Shown piece after piece: positions 57,261-64,000 of a DNA stretch of 64,000 bases. Made by a program: the position numbers and the translations under genes. The number at the start of each line of letters is the position of its first letter. Position 1 is the first letter of the stretch. A model generated the notes under the pieces. That model worked only from the letters and a program-made list of their open reading frames with translations. It made no database searches and had not been told where the DNA came from. This DNA comes from a virus (Duplodnaviria > Caudoviricetes): positions 1-64,000 of IMG/VR virus record IMGVR_UViG_3300012956_000016; one strand, given 5' to 3'.

Positions 57261-57707
57261 CTAATGATATAATGATTTTGAGAGGTCGTAGATCCACATA
57301 GCATCAGCTTCGTTATCATCCTCTGTTGTTAACCCAAGTTTATCTTGGGCTGCTTTAACCATTGCTGGTTTGCCGGCGTTTCCTTTACCGGTTGCATGAA
57401 CTTTAATCTCTTTAGCAGAGAAAGCTCTGTACTCAATTTTATGTTCTTCACAGAAGATCTTCAGTACACCATGTAGTTCAGCTTGAACTATTAATGCACT
57501 CTTATGATGACCAGCTGTTCTTTCAAAAGTTATGAGTTCTATATTTTCAAGTTTTACTATCTCAGATAGTTTACTCTTGAACCTAATCAATCTCATACCT
57601 GATGATTCATCTTTCTTAATGGAGAAGTCCCATGCACCATGTGCTGTTTCAGTGCACCATCCGCAATGGGTTGCTACATCAAGAGAAAGAATGTTGAGTT
57701 TGCTCAT
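57261..57707 (-). CDS. RuvC-like Holliday junction resolvase
   Basis: ILSLDVAT (D), ITFE (E), IKVHATGKGNAGK, DNEADA (D..D). Confidence 0.8.
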   Translation of the reverse strand: MSKLNILSLDVATHCGWCTETAHGAWDFSIKKDESSGMRLIRFKSKLSEIVKLENIELITFERTAGHHKSALIVQAELHGVLKIFCEEHKIEYRAFSAKEIKVHATGKGNAGKPAMVKAAQDKLGLTTEDDNEADAMWIYDLSKSLYH

Positions 57708-58702
57708 GTTGTTGTATTAAGTGTTGCTTTTAAAAGAGGTGTTATACCTTCTCTAACTTTGTACAATCCGTGTTTTTCTCCAGCATCAGATAAATCTTTA
57801 GCCATAGTAAATAACACAGGTGGTAAGTTATATTTTTCTTTGTACTTAGCCATACATTTTATACCAGCTTCATCATTATCAAACAATACACAAGTACCTT
57901 TATACTTAGGTAACAAGTACTGCATGATATGATCTGGTATTAAAACATTCTCACTATCTGGAGCTATTGCTTCAGCATTTTTAAATCCTAGTTTCTTAAA
58001 GAACATAAGATCTTTTAGTGAGCTACATATTACTAAGTACGGTACTTTCATAGTAAGTTGATCAAGACCTTGGACATAGTCACGGACTTTGATAAACTTA
58101 TTATCTTTAACATAAGGTTGATATATCTTATAAAGAGTTCCATCTTTTCGAAAGAACCCGTAGATATTTCTACCATTAATGACAAGTTCTTGTTCAACTC
58201 CTTCTATCTCCTTCGTCATTGTATATGATGAAAGTGGAAACACAAAGTGTTCCTCAAGAAGAGCTGATCCAATATAGAACCTATTCCAAAATTTTTGATC
58301 ATGTACCATCCAAGAACGTTTCTCAAACTTCGATACTTTGTACCTTGTTTGAACCTTAAACTCTCTTAAGCTATAATCTTCTTTATTGCCTGAAAGAGTG
58401 TATTGGTTATAATCCTGAATGATCTTATGAGCACTTTCGCCTCGGGAAGTAAGCTTAAACATATGTTGTATTAAAGTAACACCATCTCCAGCATATCCAG
58501 AAGAAAAACATTTAAACCGATAAGAAGCTACAGGTTTACTGTAATATATACATAATGAAGGTACCTTGTCATCAGACTTAAACACAGACTTGATTTTCTC
58601 ATCTTGTCCAGTAAGCTTTACAGGTAACTTTAGATAGTACTCGAATACCCATTCCCTAGGGATCTCATCGAGTGATGATACTAATAATTTTGTTCGTAAC
58701 AT
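57704..58702 (-). CDS. DNA primase (TOPRIM, crAss-like)
   Basis: FKCFSSG, ICSSLKD, LFDNDEAG, KDLSD. Confidence 0.8.
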   Translation of the reverse strand: MLRTKLLVSSLDEIPREWVFEYYLKLPVKLTGQDEKIKSVFKSDDKVPSLCIYYSKPVASYRFKCFSSGYAGDGVTLIQHMFKLTSRGESAHKIIQDYNQYTLSGNKEDYSLREFKVQTRYKVSKFEKRSWMVHDQKFWNRFYIGSALLEEHFVFPLSSYTMTKEIEGVEQELVINGRNIYGFFRKDGTLYKIYQPYVKDNKFIKVRDYVQGLDQLTMKVPYLVICSSLKDLMFFKKLGFKNAEAIAPDSENVLIPDHIMQYLLPKYKGTCVLFDNDEAGIKCMAKYKEKYNLPPVLFTMAKDLSDAGEKHGLYKVREGITPLLKATLNTTT

Positions 58703-58713
58703 AAATTTAAGGA

Positions 58714-58743
58714 TAAAAAGAGGGAAGATTACTCCTCCCTCTT
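58714..58743 (-). terminator. Rho-independent terminator with GUAA tetraloop
   Basis: AAGAGGGAGGA-GTAA-TCTTCCCTCTT-TTT on the minus strand. Confidence 0.75.
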
Positions 58744-58756
58744 AGATAGTTTGTTA

Positions 58757-59455
58757 TTAAAGCTGAAAACTATTGTCTTCAGGTTTTGATGTTCCAGCAG
58801 GATCTGCTGATTCTCCACTGCTAAAGTTACTAACAGCCTCACCCTTGATAGGAATGATGTGTTCTGCAGGACTAAAGATAGCAAGCTTAGAAGCTTTTGT
58901 ACCTTCTAATTCGTATGGTTGACTTACCTTTGTGAACTTAGGTAAGAACAACTCGTACGCTTTGTACTGTTGCTTGTTCATGTACTCTTTACCAGAGATA
59001 CAAAAATCCATATAGATATCTTTGAATGGTTGAGTGTTGTTGAACGCTTCAAATAAAGACTCAATAGTAGAGTGTTTATTATCTTCATCATCAAACCATT
59101 TAATAGCTACAGGACCTAATCCTTCACATAATCTTTTTAAGTCTTTCAACATTTCTGTATCGCGACTGATAGGAACATGTGTTTTTGTTTCGCCGTCTTT
59201 GTAAGCCCATTGGCTTAACTTTACTTTACCAACTTGTCCTAAGTGGCGACCTTGTGACTGATCTGCAGGATTAATCCAGAAACCTTCGAAACCATCTCCC
59301 ATAGGTTTAGTTTCTAAGTTAAGGATAACCTCATATCCACCCATTACTAAAGTAAATGGTTTTAAAGTTACGCTTGTGATTTTACAAGTTACGTTACCTG
59401 GTTCAATAGTTTTAGAACCCTTACTTGCTGTTGTTACATTTTTTGTACCGATCAT
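58757..59455 (-). CDS. Putative single-stranded DNA-binding protein
   Basis: IEPGNVTCKITSV OB-like start, acidic tail, directly follows the Sak4-like ATPase. Confidence 0.45.
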   Translation of the reverse strand: MIGTKNVTTASKGSKTIEPGNVTCKITSVTLKPFTLVMGGYEVILNLETKPMGDGFEGFWINPADQSQGRHLGQVGKVKLSQWAYKDGETKTHVPISRDTEMLKDLKRLCEGLGPVAIKWFDDEDNKHSTIESLFEAFNNTQPFKDIYMDFCISGKEYMNKQQYKAYELFLPKFTKVSQPYELEGTKASKLAIFSPAEHIIPIKGEAVSNFSSGESADPAGTSKPEDNSFQL

Positions 59456-59466
59456 ACCTTTGTTTT

Positions 59467-60273
59467 TTATTTTGTGATTTTGTCAATGAATACTTGATCC
59501 CAGTGAGTTACAACTTTACCTTCTATCATTTCTGATATAACGATTTCTGCATTTCTTAAGTGGTCTGGTCTTGCTCCACAAGATACTTCATCTGTGGTTT
59601 TAAAACTTAAGATATTTTGAGTACCTTTTCTGTAAAGGTAACCTATTGCATCTGATTGCGCACTCGTAGTTCTCTTGATCTTCCCTGTTAAGTCGAGGTC
59701 AAGTGAGCTGAACTCAGCACCTGCTTTCTCTAATAACACATCTTTAACGTGACATGATAGTATGATCTTTGGTGCTAATGTTTTGATGTAGTCTATCATC
59801 TTAGAAAATGCTTCTCTAAGATATAAATATCCTCCACCATTTGGTAATCCCACAATACTACCGTAAATTGCTTTACCAGAGTCTACTGTATAGTTACCTT
59901 GAGCATCTTTTTTAAACCAGTTCTTACCCATTGATGTACGGGAATAAAGGTTCTCTGCAAACGGTATACACATTTCTTCTAAAGCAGTTCCAGTATCTAT
60001 GACGATTCCATCATAAGGTCTTCCGGCTTTTTTGATTTCTTCTCCAATAGCTTTCAATTCTTGAACACTACTAGCTTGCATTTTTAATGCACTTACAAAC
60101 CTGGATCCATTTTCTAAATCCAGAATCAACCAATTAGGGAGTTCCGCAAATAATGTTGTTTTACCTACCTTCGGTTTAGAGAAGATGATCAACATATCCG
60201 GGCTCACTGATGTGGGTGCTATTTTTTGTGTCGGTAAAACGACTTTGTTTTCTTCTTTTACTATTTCAGACAT
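59467..60273 (-). CDS. AAA_24 / Sak4-like ATPase recombinase (start re-called to 60273)
   Basis: SKPKVGKTT Walker A, LDLENG, IVIDT, ILSCHVK, DAIGYL. Confidence 0.8.
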   Translation of the reverse strand: MSEIVKEENKVVLPTQKIAPTSVSPDMLIIFSKPKVGKTTLFAELPNWLILDLENGSRFVSALKMQASSVQELKAIGEEIKKAGRPYDGIVIDTGTALEEMCIPFAENLYSRTSMGKNWFKKDAQGNYTVDSGKAIYGSIVGLPNGGGYLYLREAFSKMIDYIKTLAPKIILSCHVKDVLLEKAGAEFSSLDLDLTGKIKRTTSAQSDAIGYLYRKGTQNILSFKTTDEVSCGARPDHLRNAEIVISEMIEGKVVTHWDQVFIDKITK

Positions 60274-60854
60274 TAGGAGCTTATTAATTCGTTTAACCAC
60301 TGTTTCTGACTGCAAGGTTTCTTCAACATAATTGCAGCATAATCTCGTATCGTCATATCCCTAATAGGTAAATCCAAACTTTCATTACTAAGTATAAACT
60401 CAGGAGCTTGTTCATTTTTACCAACATTGGTAGTCGATATTAGAGTCTCTTTCTTTTCTTCTTTAAGTTCTTCCTTTTTTTGCTGTGGTGTTATAACTTC
60501 TAATTCACTTATAGGAATTAGATACCTCCTTGTACTAGTATTCTCACCTTCTTTATCAGTATTTACATACTCTTCTTCATAGTGAGGATTCCATCTCCAT
60601 CTGTACAGAGCTCTTTCTTCATACTTTAAAAGATTATCACGATGAGCAAACTCAAAATAGATATCTTGACCCATATTCATCTCACTAGTAAATACTCCAA
60701 CACATGATTCGTTGGGATTATTAGGTAAAGGAAAATCAGTCTTAAGTAAAAAGTATGCATTAGATACTCCTAATGTGTTAAATGTCGGCTGATGATATTC
60801 ACGAGCCTTTTTCAATCGTTCCCTTTTAAGTTCAGGAGTTACTTGTTGTTCCAT
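60273..60854 (-). CDS. Hypothetical protein
   Basis: 193-aa ORF coupled between the helicase and ATPase genes. Confidence 0.65.
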   Translation of the reverse strand: MEQQVTPELKRERLKKAREYHQPTFNTLGVSNAYFLLKTDFPLPNNPNESCVGVFTSEMNMGQDIYFEFAHRDNLLKYEERALYRWRWNPHYEEEYVNTDKEGENTSTRRYLIPISELEVITPQQKKEELKEEKKETLISTTNVGKNEQAPEFILSNESLDLPIRDMTIRDYAAIMLKKPCSQKQWLNELISS

Positions 60855-60855
60855 G

Positions 60856-61851
60856 TTATGATGCTTTTATTCTTCTTTCTTGAGTAGGCGGTGGTGTATG
60901 CATTTCAGATACACTCATCGTTTCGAACTCCGTTTTAAAGAAACTCATTCTTGTATCACCATTTCTACATTTTAAGAAGTGCCAAACCATAGTTCTTTCA
61001 TCTTCTATAATGTAACGGTCTGGACCGTAGAACTTAATCTTCTGTTTACCGGGTCTGTTTAATCCTATTACCATGTCAGCATGTTGTAGCAATGCATCTC
61101 CACCAAAGATATCAGATTCAAGAATATAGTTACTATATCTTCCGTCTTCTTGTCTTTCTGGGTTATCTACATTTCTATTTAACTGACTTAGTATGATAAA
61201 CATAATCGGATACTTTCGTTTTAACGCTGTAATAGCTTTACCTAAGTTGTAAAGCATTTCAGTATTATCTTTCTCTGTCTTTTGATCCCTTTGTAATAAT
61301 AGAGAATGGTCAAGAGTAACCATTGTGTTGATGTATGTCTTAACACCTTTATCATCTGTTGTTGCATGGGCTTCCATGTAATCCGAGATAATCTTTTTAA
61401 AGCCTTCAACTGTAGGAGCATCTTCAACTATATCAATAGGAAATTGAACTCTTCCTTTTGCATAGTTATGGCATCTTTCAATATCGGCAGTGGATATAAT
61501 TCCATCAGCACTACAAAGTTGTTTGTAGGTTTTTCCTACAACGTTTGAGTACTCTCTAATCGCAGATACTTCTCCTCTCATTTCTAGTTGAAACTCAAGA
61601 ACTCGCATAGTTATTCCCGGATTCAAAGGGAACAAGTTACGAACTATCATATCTTTGATCAGTGTTTTACCTGAACCAGGTCTTCCTGCTATAACAATCA
61701 TGCTATGCCAATCAAGTCCTCCGGTTCCAGCATCATCTAATTTAAGCCATGGAGTTTTTATACTCTTAATATAGCCTAATCTCCTTTTTTCCAGGTATTG
61801 TAAAGCTAGTTGAAAAGCTTCGTTTTGTTTCTTCCACGCTGGTTTTAACAT
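60856..61851 (-). CDS. dnaB: DnaB-like (SF4) replicative helicase, motor domain only
   Basis: AGRPGSGKT, FQLEM, TLDH, LSQLNR, QHADMVI, KCRNG. Confidence 0.88.
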   Translation of the reverse strand: MLKPAWKKQNEAFQLALQYLEKRRLGYIKSIKTPWLKLDDAGTGGLDWHSMIVIAGRPGSGKTLIKDMIVRNLFPLNPGITMRVLEFQLEMRGEVSAIREYSNVVGKTYKQLCSADGIISTADIERCHNYAKGRVQFPIDIVEDAPTVEGFKKIISDYMEAHATTDDKGVKTYINTMVTLDHSLLLQRDQKTEKDNTEMLYNLGKAITALKRKYPIMFIILSQLNRNVDNPERQEDGRYSNYILESDIFGGDALLQHADMVIGLNRPGKQKIKFYGPDRYIIEDERTMVWHFLKCRNGDTRMSFFKTEFETMSVSEMHTPPPTQERRIKAS

Positions 61852-61876
61852 AGGTGATTTTTTAAAAGTAGGGTAA

Positions 61877-61884
61877 CAAATATA
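61877..61884 (-). promoter_or_regulatory. Bacteroidota sigma70-type -7 element TATATTTG
   Basis: Exact TAnnTTTG match in the intergenic region upstream of dnaB; no -33 TTTG found at the expected spacing. Confidence 0.5.
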
Positions 61885-61899
61885 GGAAAATATTCCATA

Positions 61900-62517
61900 C
61901 TATACTACTTTTTCTTTAAAGTGGTTAGGTGTATTATCATCCCCACCAGATTCAATATTTGCACAGTAATCGGCTAGTTCCGAATGAACACTGTGATCTT
62001 TCTCCATCTTCTTGATGAAGTACTGAGATGTTCGCATGTACATAAACCTTGGAGATTTAAGTTCATACTCATCTACATACATAGCTGTTGCTTTTAGGAT
62101 CGTATCCCAGTCATAGCTATAGTTCTCAAAGAACCACTTAAAGTTAACTTCGAGATTCTTCACATCTGAGCGAGCTCTCTTACCACTAGGGAGCTTCTCA
62201 TTTGGAAAGATCTCCAAATACTCTTTAATTTTATGACCGTATTCACTACCCATAAGCTGAGTTACAGTCTTTTTCTTCTGGACTTTGAAGAAGGATTCTA
62301 ACTGAGATACTAATTCACTAGCTTTAGCAGTCAGTTTGTTGTCTCCGTCAATCCAGTTGTCTGATAATAGTACCCGGTGATCCTGGTGGATGTTAATACC
62401 AATAGGAGATATACCTTGGGTCATACTCAGAAGTAGGAAAAACTGATTAGGAGATAGGCCGTGAACAACGATAAGGTTGAACATCTCTATCATTTCGGAG
62501 TCTTTCTTGCCGGCCAT
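61900..62517 (-). CDS. Putative replication initiator / helicase loader
   Basis: N-terminal winged-helix-like part, then YLEIFP..KLPSG helical domain; directly upstream of dnaB. Confidence 0.45.
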   Translation of the reverse strand: MAGKKDSEMIEMFNLIVVHGLSPNQFFLLLSMTQGISPIGINIHQDHRVLLSDNWIDGDNKLTAKASELVSQLESFFKVQKKKTVTQLMGSEYGHKIKEYLEIFPNEKLPSGKRARSDVKNLEVNFKWFFENYSYDWDTILKATAMYVDEYELKSPRFMYMRTSQYFIKKMEKDHSVHSELADYCANIESGGDDNTPNHFKEKVV

Positions 62518-62529
62518 ATGTTAATTTAT

Positions 62530-62560
62530 TTTGTGTTTTAGCTTTTTTTTCGTATCTTTT
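62530..62560 (+). promoter_or_regulatory. Candidate Bacteroidota-type promoter (TTTG-N19-TATCTTTT)
   Basis: -33 TTTG and a near-consensus -7 element at 19-nt spacing in the divergent intergenic region. Confidence 0.4.
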
Positions 62561-62564
62561 ACTC

Positions 62565-62843
62565 ATGAAAGCACTCAAAGAATTTGGTCAAGGTTTCTTA
62601 AAAGCCATGAATAATGAATTATTAGGACATAGTCTTAAGAAATGGCTTGCTGTTGGTATATTTTGGCTTATAGTAGAATCTGTTTTAAGATTTGGTACTT
62701 CTACTAATTTAGAGGGAGTTCTTGTGATATTATCAGGATTAATCTTAACTTTGATGGGACTTAATGTGGCGGATAAAAAAGTTAATAATATACCTACTCC
62801 ACCTAAAGAAGAAAAAGAAAACGTAGATAACCCACCAGTATGA
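62565..62843 (+). CDS. Holin-like membrane protein (2 TM)
   Basis: Two hydrophobic segments and a charged C-terminus; 92 aa. Confidence 0.55.
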   Translation: MKALKEFGQGFLKAMNNELLGHSLKKWLAVGIFWLIVESVLRFGTSTNLEGVLVILSGLILTLMGLNVADKKVNNIPTPPKEEKENVDNPPV

Positions 62844-63166
62844 CAGCAAAACAACTCATAGCATTCGGATCATTACTATTAATAATCTTAGGACTTGGTC
62901 TTTATATCATATTCAGAAAACCTGCAGATACTGTAGACACTTCGAAGTTAGATGCTTATAAAGATTCTCTTAACATCCTTTGGAAAAAGATTGATTCTAA
63001 AGACTCTGCTATAGCAAAACGCGATAGAAAGATCGATAGCTTAGACAATGTAGATAAAACAAATAACTATTACTACCATGAAACCATACAATATATTAAC
63101 AATCCTCATACTTCTATTAGGAGTTTGGACTCAATCGTTCGCTCAATCGCCATCCCACACAAGTAA
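62840..63166 (+). CDS. i-spanin-like protein (N-terminal TM plus coiled coil)
   Basis: LIAFGSLLLIILGLGLYIIF, then DSLNILWKKIDSKDSAI..IDSL heptads. Confidence 0.5.
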   Translation: MTAKQLIAFGSLLLIILGLGLYIIFRKPADTVDTSKLDAYKDSLNILWKKIDSKDSAIAKRDRKIDSLDNVDKTNNYYYHETIQYINNPHTSIRSLDSIVRSIAIPHK

Positions 63167-63503
63167 GCCTTTAACTATCGTTCCTGATAGTCAAACGTGT
63201 TACAACAAATCAGAGATGCAAGCGATTGCATCAAAACTTGTTTATGGTGTTAAGCTAGAAAAGCAGCATGTGACTGATAGTACACGTATAGATGTCTTAA
63301 AGAAAGACATCATCGACTATAAAGAGAAAGATGTTTACTACAAAAATGCTATAAAGATCTACGACTTTTCAATAGCCGAACAAAAGCGTATTACCGATAA
63401 GACCATAAACAAACTTACTCGTAATATCAAGTGGTTAAAAGTTGGTTGGGTATCAACAGCTGTGTTTTTAGCTGGCACTACCACGTACTTCCTTATGAAG
63501 TAA
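63078..63503 (+). CDS. Second spanin-like / secreted coiled-coil protein with C-terminal hydrophobic anchor
   Basis: Signal peptide ending SFA|Q, coiled coil, C-terminal VGWVSTAVFLAGTTTYFL; overlaps the upstream gene out of frame. Confidence 0.45.
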   Translation: MKPYNILTILILLLGVWTQSFAQSPSHTSKPLTIVPDSQTCYNKSEMQAIASKLVYGVKLEKQHVTDSTRIDVLKKDIIDYKEKDVYYKNAIKIYDFSIAEQKRITDKTINKLTRNIKWLKVGWVSTAVFLAGTTTYFLMK

Positions 63504-63995
63504 TACATCTATTACTGGTAAAGCTACGCGATACACTTTCCCATCTACTTTACAATAGTACATCATACTTTCAGGAAATAACGTGTTAAGTGTATCAGTA
63601 TTTATACTAATATACTTATTACTAATATTATAGAAAAATATGTAGTCTGAATGCCAGAACTTATTATAGTCCTTCATAAGATTAATAACCTTAACAGGAC
63701 TCTTTTGGTTCAAGACATCAGCTAAAGGTCTAAAGAACAAATTCTGTAACTTCAAAGTACCGTTACCATCACCTAGATGTAATAATCTATTTCCATCTAA
63801 AAGGTTTTTCATTGACATAGGATAATCTTCAAAAGTTTTACACCTTCTCAGTGCTTTAGTTATTTCAACTGAAGCAGCTCCTGGTATATCGAGTATATTA
63901 TCTTGATGTAATGTGTTACAAAACAAAGGAGATGTATAACCCACAAAGATTTCACCATCGTTGTCATAAATAAGATGTGTTGTTATTTCTATCAT
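63468..63995 (-). CDS. Hypothetical protein
   Basis: 175-aa ORF converging on the lysis cassette; the start is at the window edge and may extend further. Confidence 0.5.
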   Translation of the reverse strand: MIEITTHLIYDNDGEIFVGYTSPLFCNTLHQDNILDIPGAASVEITKALRRCKTFEDYPMSMKNLLDGNRLLHLGDGNGTLKLQNLFFRPLADVLNQKSPVKVINLMKDYNKFWHSDYIFFYNISNKYISINTDTLNTLFPESMMYYCKVDGKVYRVALPVIDVLLHKEVRGSAS

Positions 63996-64000
63996 AAGCT

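Noticed and set aside
43507-61548. Plus-strand ORFs opposite the replication arm (e.g. 43507-43764, 44916-45314, 55858-56139, 57639-57932)
   Set aside because: Antisense to motif-bearing genes, no independent start context
48543-61851. Inteins in PolB, DnaB or primase
   Set aside because: Protein lengths are normal and no C/S...HN intein ends or LAGLIDADG blocks are visible
61851-62565. Replication origin near the initiator-like gene and the strand switch
   Set aside because: AT-rich, but no iterons or DnaA-box arrays are discernible; a GC-skew analysis of the whole genome would be needed
1-64000. Stop-codon reassignment (TAG or TGA), as in some crAss-like phages
   Set aside because: Genes up to 10 kb are uninterrupted under code 11, and TAG (42099, 47977) and TGA (50467, 62843) end genes at sensible boundaries
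1-64000. CRISPR array, tRNA genes, diversity-generating retroelement, integrase/att sites
   Set aside because: No regularly spaced repeats, cloverleaf sequence, reverse transcriptase or recombinase motifs seen; intergenic gaps are mostly under 140 bp. A tRNAscan or repeat search would be definitive

Overview
The window is about 64 kb of an AT-rich, very gene-dense bacteriophage genome of crAss-like (Crassvirales-like) type. The host is probably a Bacteroidota: there are TAnnTTTG-type promoter motifs, A-rich leaders without Shine-Dalgarno sequences, and a signal peptide ending in A|Q. The standard genetic code (table 11) reads all genes without interruption. The + strand arm (1-42.1 kb) is the virion module: Cys-rich PA14/FN3 tail-appendage proteins, an IHF-like protein, two tail ring proteins around a free-standing HNH nuclease, a 1647-aa muzzle-like protein, cargo/ejection proteins, a 3362-aa virion RNA polymerase (DFDID) fused to a zincin and a degenerate macro-like domain, a 1902-aa zincin-containing protein and a glycosyltransferase. 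The - strand arm (42.1-62.5 kb) carries replication and recombination genes (PolB, primase, DnaB, Sak4-like ATPase, PD-(D/E)XK nuclease, RuvC-like, MazG-like) and two separate MoxR-AAA+/vWA modules. One of these is a hairpin-bounded five-gene unit with low-complexity vWA proteins; the other is flanked by two proteins sharing a paralogous helical domain. A short + strand lysis-like cassette lies near the end. No capsid, portal, terminase, tRNA, CRISPR array, reverse transcriptase or integrase is visible. The most unusual candidates are the MoxR/vWA systems, a stand-alone minimal nucleotidyltransferase inside the tail operon, a shared 28-bp promoter/operator motif and (Y/F)xxGG repeats in cargo proteins. 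All product calls rest on motif recognition only; no database searches were run.
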